DNA of 34,254 nucleotides from a virus (Duplodnaviria; Heunggongvirae; Uroviricota; Caudoviricetes): IMG/VR virus record IMGVR_UViG_2529292908_000011; one strand, 5' to 3'. Shown piece by piece: positions 28,403 to 34,254 of this stretch (position 1 is its first letter; each line of letters starts with the position of its first letter). The notes under the pieces were generated by a model. It saw only the letters and a program-made list of their open reading frames with translations, ran no database searches and was not told where the DNA came from. The position numbers and the translations under genes were made by a program.

Positions 28403-29171
28403 GGTGATGCTGCCAACTTACTGATTTAGTGTATGATGGTGTTTTTGAGGTGCTCCAGTGGCTTCTGTTTCTATCAGCTGTCCCTCCTGTTCAGCTACTG
28501 ACGGGGTGGTGCGTAACGGCAAAAGCACCGCCGGACATCAGCGCTATCTCTGCTCTCACTGCCGTAAAACATGGCAACTGCAGTTCACTTACACCGCTTC
28601 TCAACCCGGTACGCACCAGAAAATCATTGATATGGCCATGAATGGCGTTGGATGCCGGGCAACTGCCCGCATTATGGGCGTTGGCCTCAACACGTATTTT
28701 ACGTCACTTAAAAAACTCAGGCCGCAGTCGGTAACCTCGCGCATACAGCCGGGCAGTGACGTCATCGTCTGCGCGGAAATGGACGAACAGTGGGGCTATG
28801 TCGGGGCTAAATCGCGCCAGCGCTGGCTGTTTTACGCGTATGACAGGCTCCGGAAGACGGTTGTTGCGCACGTATTCGGTGAACGCACTATGGCGACGCT
28901 GGGGCGTCTTATGAGCCTGCTGTCACCCTTTGACGTGGTGATATGGATGACGGATGGCTGGCCGCTGTATGAATCCCGCCTGAAGGGAAAGCTGCACGTA
29001 ATCAGCAAGCGATATACGCAGCGAATTGAGCGGCATAACCTGAATCTGAGGCAGCACCTGGCACGGCTGGGACGGAAGTCGCTGTCGTTCTCAAAATCGG
29101 TGGAGCTGCATGACAAAGTCATCGGGCATTATCTGAACATAAAACACTATCAATAAGTTGGAGTCATTACC
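28403..29171 (+). mobile_element. IS1, complete, with 9-bp target-site duplication GAAAAGGCT
   Basis: Left end GGTGATGCTGCCAACTTACTGAT at 28403, right end ...AATAAGTTGGAGTCATTACC at 29171. Identical 9-mers at 28394-28402 and 29172-29180. Confidence 0.9.
28458..29156 (+). CDS. IS1 transposase as a single in-frame InsA-InsB fusion (232 aa)
   Basis: 232-aa ORF from the GTG start: [22 protein letters not shown]...[26 protein letters not shown].... One extra T just upstream of the A6C slippery site (ACGTATTTTACG versus recalled ACGATTTTACG) places insA and insB in one frame. Confidence 0.8.
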   Translation: MASVSISCPSCSATDGVVRNGKSTAGHQRYLCSHCRKTWQLQFTYTASQPGTHQKIIDMAMNGVGCRATARIMGVGLNTYFTSLKKLRPQSVTSRIQPGSDVIVCAEMDEQWGYVGAKSRQRWLFYAYDRLRKTVVAHVFGERTMATLGRLMSLLSPFDVVIWMTDGWPLYESRLKGKLHVISKRYTQRIERHNLNLRQHLARLGRKSLSFSKSVELHDKVIGHYLNIKHYQ

Positions 29172-29308
29172 GAAAAGGCTTACGAAGAATACTTCGAAGG
29201 TCTTGCCGAAGGCGAAGAAGCTCTCAGCTTCAACGAATTTAAACAGGCGCTTTCCAGTTCGGCAAAATCTAACGGCTGATAAGCGAAACAGCACAGCGAG
29301 GAATCAGT

Positions 29309-29527
29309 ATGCAGAAACGAGAACCCGTCATCATCGCGCCAGACTATACCAATGATGAACTTTATGAGTGGATGCGCCAGAAAATTAATGCAGCGCAGGA
29401 TTTGAAATGGGCCAATGAAGCCAGGGCTAAGCAGGCTGAAAATCTGTCCGCTCTGGAGCAGGATATCACCAATCTGGAAAAAGCAGCGGCATTAAGCATT
29501 GCCAGAATGATTACATACCCGCGTTAA
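29309..29527 (+). CDS. ydfC: YdfC-like small protein
   Basis: 72 aa MQKREPVIIAPDYTNDELYEWMRQKINAAQDLKWANEARAKQAENLSALEQ...; position between ydfB and dicF as in Qin. Confidence 0.55.
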   Translation: MQKREPVIIAPDYTNDELYEWMRQKINAAQDLKWANEARAKQAENLSALEQDITNLEKAAALSIARMITYPR

Positions 29528-29867
29528 TAGCTAACCAACGAAGCTAAGGTTGGTAATTAAGGAGTTCTCCACGGGTGAGGTGGAGTGCGTGCGCCGGACA
29601 CGGGTGAGCATCCGGCACTGACAGTTTACTGAAAGGATATTTCCCTGAAAAGTCAGACCATAACGCGAAAGCGCACGGCGAGGTAGCTGGTTCATAGATA
29701 GCCTGTCGTTAAATTTTCGTCGACCGTGCGCTTCCGGTTGTGGCAATCCGCGAAATGGCGCGGCGGTAAGTATGGCGGGGTTATTCCTTCCCCCGTTGAG
29801 GACACCGGGTTGTCAGGTTGACCATACGCTTAAGTGACAACCCCGCTGCAACGCCCTCTGTTATCAA

Positions 29868-29926
29868 TTTTCTGGTGACGTTTGGCGGTATCAGTTTTAC
29901 TCCGTGACTGCTCTGCCGCCCTTTTT
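29868..29926 (+). ncRNA. dicF: DicF small regulatory RNA
   Basis: Sequence TTTCTGGTGACGTTTGGCGGTATCAGTTTTACTCCGTGACTGCTCTGCCGCCCTTTTT matches recalled DicF, ~170 nt upstream of dicB. Confidence 0.75.
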
Positions 29927-30095
29927 AAAGTGAATTTTGTGATGCGGTGAATGCGGCTAAGCGCACGCGGAACAGTTAAAACCAAAAACAGTGTTATGGG
30001 TGGATTCTCTGTATCCGGCGTTAATTGTTAACTGGTTAACGTCACCTGGAGGCACCAGGCACCGCATCACAAAATTCATTGTTGAGGACGCGATA

Positions 30096-30284
30096 ATGGA
30101 AACGTTATTACCAAACGTTAATACGTCTGAAGGTTGTTTTGAAATTGGTGTCACTATCAGTAACCCTGTATTTACTGAAGATGCCATTAACAAGAGAAAA
30201 CACGAACGGGAGCTATTAAATAAAATATGCATTCTTTCAATGTTGGCCCGTTTACGTCCGATACAAAAAGGATGCTGGCAATGA
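30096..30284 (+). CDS. dicB: cell division inhibitor DicB
   Basis: Internal ATG of ORF 29991..30284 giving 62 aa METLLPNVNTSEGCFEIGVTISNPVFTEDAINKRKHERELLNKICILSMLARLRPIQKGCWQ. Confidence 0.85.
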   Translation: METLLPNVNTSEGCFEIGVTISNPVFTEDAINKRKHERELLNKICILSMLARLRPIQKGCWQ

Positions 30285-30472
30285 ATACAGCATTTGCACT
30301 TGTTCTGACAGTTTTTCTTGTTTCCGGAGAGCCAGTTGATATTGCAGTCAGTGTTCACAGGACAATGCAGGAGTGTGTGACTGCAGCAACCGAACAGAAA
30401 ATTCCCGGTAACTGTTACCCGGTCGATAAAGTTATTCACCAGGATAATAACGAAATCCCGGCAGGTCTTTAA
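30281..30472 (+). CDS. ydfD: YdfD (Qin-type small membrane protein)
   Basis: 63 aa MNTAFALVLTVFLVSGEPVDIAVSVHRTMQECVTAATEQKIPGNCYPVDKVIHQDNNEIPAGL; ATGA overlap with the dicB stop. Confidence 0.8.
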   Translation: MNTAFALVLTVFLVSGEPVDIAVSVHRTMQECVTAATEQKIPGNCYPVDKVIHQDNNEIPAGL

Positions 30473-30565
30473 AACAGTTCCGTAATAAACATCCGATTTC
30501 ATTCTTATATGCCAGCAATGGCAGGGATTTGTTCATCCTTAAATCTGTCATGAGGTTAAAACAAA

Positions 30566-30871
30566 ATGAGTAAAGTCTTTATTTGCGCCGCTATTCCTGA
30601 CGAACTGGCAACAAGGGAAGAAGGCGCTGTGGCTGTAGCCACAGCCATTGAAGCTGGCGACGAACGCCGTGCTCGAGCAAAATTTCACTGGCAGTTCCTG
30701 GAACATTATCCGGCTGCTCAGGACTGCGCTTATAAATTTATTGTCTGCGAGGATAAACCTGGCATACCCCGCCCTGCCCTCGATTCATGGGATGCTGAAT
30801 ATATGCAGGAAAACCGCTGGGATGAGGAGTCTGCTTCTTTGTCCCGGTTGAGACTGAATCCGATCCGATGA
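30566..30871 (+). CDS. hypothetical 101-aa protein coupled to the downstream exonuclease gene
   Basis: GAGG Shine-Dalgarno; stop overlaps the ATG of the 722-aa gene (ATGA). Confidence 0.5.
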   Translation: MSKVFICAAIPDELATREEGAVAVATAIEAGDERRARAKFHWQFLEHYPAAQDCAYKFIVCEDKPGIPRPALDSWDAEYMQENRWDEESASLSRLRLNPIR

Positions 30872-33036
30872 ACGTCACTTTTGACAACCTAGCCCCTGAA
30901 GTACAGAACGCTGTCATGGTTAAGTTCGACACATGTGAAAACATCACTGTTGATATGGTGATTAGCGCACAGGAATTGTTGCAGGAAGACATGGCAACAT
31001 TCGACGGCCACATCGTTGAAGCGTTGATGAAAATGCCAGAAGTTAACGCTATGTATCCGGAGCTTAAGCTGCATGCCATCGGGTGGGTTAAGCATAAATG
31101 TAAGCCTGGTGCCAAATGGCCCGAAATTCAGGCAGAGATGCGCATCTGGAAAAAACGTCGCGAAGGTGAACGCAAGGAAGCCGGAAAATACACGTCTGTT
31201 GTTGATCTCGCCCGCGCCAGAGCCAATCAACAACACACTGAAAATTCAACAGGAAAAATCAACCCGGTCATTGCTGCCATTCATCGCGAATACAAGCAGA
31301 CATGGAAAACACTGGATGACGAACTGGCCTACGCTCTCTGGCCTGGTGATGTGGATGCCGGAAACATTGACGGCAGCATCCATCGCTGGGCAAAAAATGA
31401 AGTTATCGACAACGACCGCGAAGACTGGAAGCGTATCTCGGCATCAATGCGCAAACAGCCTGATGCCCTTCGCTACGACCGCCAGACTATTTTTGGCCTT
31501 GTCCGTGAACGTCCGATCGACATTCACAAAGACCCTGTGGCACTGAACAAATACATTACTGAATACCTGACTACAAAGGGCGTGTTTGAAGATGAAGGAA
31601 CAAATCAGAGCACAACTGATACTCTCTCGTCGCCAGTACCAGAAACTGATGCAGTGGAAACGGCAATGCCAGACAACGAAAAAACCGAATGCAAAGTGGA
31701 AGTCGAACCATCTGTAGAGCGTGAGGGGCCGTTCTATTTCCTCTTCGCAGATAAGGACGGAGAAAAATACGGTCGCGCAAACAAACTTTCTGGTCTGGAT
31801 AAGGCACTGGCTGCTGGCGCCACTGAAATCACAAAAGAAGAATATTTTGCCCGAAAAAATGGCACATACACGGGCTTACCGCAAAATGTAGATACCGCTG
31901 AAGACTCAGAACAACCAGAGCCGATAAAAGTTACCGCTGACGAAGTAAACAAAATTATGCAGGCAGCCAATATCATCCAGCCTGACGCCGATAAGTTGCT
32001 TGCTGCATCACGTGGTGAATTTGTTGAAGGGATTAGTGACCCGAATGATCCGAAATGGGTTAAGGGGATCCAGACCCGCGATTCTGTGAACCAGAACCAG
32101 CATGAATCGGAACGGAACTACCAAAAAGCGGAACAAAACAGCCCAAATGCGTTACAAAACGAGCCAGAAACGAAACAGCCTGAATCAGTGGCGCAACAGG
32201 AAGTGGAAAAAGTCTGCACCGCCTGCGGTCAGACCGGCGGCGGTAACTGCCCTGATTGTGGCGCGGTAATGGGCGACGCAACATACCAGGAAACATTCGA
32301 TGAAGAGTATCAGGTTGAAGTTCAGAAAGATGATCCGGAGGAAATGGAAGGCGCTGAACATCCACACAAGGAGAACACTGGCGGCAATCAGCATCACGAT
32401 AGCGATAATGAAACTGGCGAGACGGCAGATCACTCAATTAAGGTGAACGGTCATCAAGAAATCACATCCACCAGCAGGACGTGTGACCATCTAATGATCG
32501 ACCTTGAAACCATGGGAAAAAATCCTGATGCCCCGATCATCTCAATAGGTGCAATATTTTTCGATCCGCAAACCGGAGATATGGGACCGGAATTTAGTAA
32601 GACTATCGATCTGGAAACTGCTGGCGGAGTCATTGATCGGGACACCATTAAATGGTGGCTTAAGCAATCACGCGAAGCGCAATCGGCCATTATGACCGAT
32701 GAAATCCCGTTAGATGATGCACTGTTACAATTGCGGGAATTTATCGACGAAAACTCCGGTGAATTTTTTGTTCAGGTCTGGGGAAATGGAGCCAACTTCG
32801 ACAACACGATTTTGCGCCGTTCATACGAACGGCAGGGGATCCCCTGCCCGTGGCGTTACTACAACGATCGCGATGTACGCACAATCGTTGAGCTGGGGAA
32901 AGCCATAGACTTCGATGCCAGAACGGCTATTCCATTCGAAGGTGAGCGCCATAATGCACTTGATGACGCCCGTTACCAGGCAAAATACGTTTCAGTTATC
33001 TGGCAAAAACTGATCCCGAGTCAGGCTGATTTTTAA
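30868..33036 (+). CDS. large prophage exonuclease-domain protein (C-terminal DnaQ-like DEDDh 3'-5' exonuclease motifs; internal CxxC...CxxC zinc ribbon)
   Basis: 722 aa. C-terminus HLMIDLETMGKN...VWGNGANFDNTIL...HNALDDARYQAKY gives the Exo I/II/III pattern. Central acidic region with CTACGQTGGGNCPDCG. Occupies the recombination-module position. Confidence 0.65.
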   Translation: MNVTFDNLAPEVQNAVMVKFDTCENITVDMVISAQELLQEDMATFDGHIVEALMKMPEVNAMYPELKLHAIGWVKHKCKPGAKWPEIQAEMRIWKKRREGERKEAGKYTSVVDLARARANQQHTENSTGKINPVIAAIHREYKQTWKTLDDELAYALWPGDVDAGNIDGSIHRWAKNEVIDNDREDWKRISASMRKQPDALRYDRQTIFGLVRERPIDIHKDPVALNKYITEYLTTKGVFEDEGTNQSTTDTLSSPVPETDAVETAMPDNEKTECKVEVEPSVEREGPFYFLFADKDGEKYGRANKLSGLDKALAAGATEITKEEYFARKNGTYTGLPQNVDTAEDSEQPEPIKVTADEVNKIMQAANIIQPDADKLLAASRGEFVEGISDPNDPKWVKGIQTRDSVNQNQHESERNYQKAEQNSPNALQNEPETKQPESVAQQEVEKVCTACGQTGGGNCPDCGAVMGDATYQETFDEEYQVEVQKDDPEEMEGAEHPHKENTGGNQHHDSDNETGETADHSIKVNGHQEITSTSRTCDHLMIDLETMGKNPDAPIISIGAIFFDPQTGDMGPEFSKTIDLETAGGVIDRDTIKWWLKQSREAQSAIMTDEIPLDDALLQLREFIDENSGEFFVQVWGNGANFDNTILRRSYERQGIPCPWRYYNDRDVRTIVELGKAIDFDARTAIPFEGERHNALDDARYQAKYVSVIWQKLIPSQADF

Positions 33037-33097
33037 TGTTCAACCGTCGCCAGTTGTCGTTGATATTCTGCAACTGGCGCGTTCCGGAGTGATAGCC

Positions 33098-33192
33098 ATG
33101 AGCGAACAGTACCTGATAACGCTCGACGAGTGGAAACCAAAACGGTTCAGTCTCCCAATAACAAACACTACCCTGGTGAAATACGGAAAACT
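33098..33192 (+). pseudogene. 5' fragment of an unknown gene truncated by the IS5 insertion
   Basis: GGAG-N9-ATG then MSEQYLITLDEWKPKRFSLPITNTTLVKYGKL, running straight into the IS5 left end at 33193. Confidence 0.3.

Positions 33193-34254
<1,062 letters not shown>

Larger units (their letters stand above)
28373..29279 (+). pseudogene. ydfB: ydfB-like 42-aa gene interrupted by IS1 after codon 10
   Basis: Left part MDFDTIMEKA (28373-28402), right part YEEYFEGLAEGEEALSFNEFKQALSSSAKSNG (29181-29279). Removing IS1 and one copy of the target duplication restores a 42-aa ORF. Confidence 0.55.

Overview
The window is almost entirely a defective, mosaic lambdoid prophage of the E. coli Qin/Rac type, with two IS insertions. 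Minus strand (late genes, read from high to low coordinates): HNH endonuclease, a GTTAAC-palindrome cos-like region, terminase small and large subunits (large subunit frameshifted), a prohead protease-major capsid fusion, portal, a tandem-repeat protein, HK97-type head-tail joining genes, major tail protein, a tape-measure H fragment, lambda-like M, a porin moron, L, K, I, a deleted J remnant, lom, a collagen-repeat side tail fibre (frameshifted), a ykgJ-like moron (plus strand), an old stf C-terminal remnant and tfa. Also on the minus strand are a hok toxin, Ea22-like accessory genes, a replication initiator and YdaT/YdaS-like genes. Plus strand (early genes): an XRE repressor co-oriented with a ParE-family toxin-antitoxin pair, ydfA, ydfB interrupted by IS1, ydfC, dicF sRNA, dicB, ydfD, a coupled 101-aa plus 722-aa exonuclease pair, and an IS5 that runs off the window end. 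No Q antiterminator or lysis cassette was found. All calls come from reading the supplied ORF translations and the DNA by eye; protein family names are from recalled motifs, and no database search or computation was run. The most system-like candidates are the repressor-antitoxin-toxin operon with its paired operators, the 101-aa plus exonuclease pair, the Ea22-like nuclease cluster and the tandem-repeat head-module protein.
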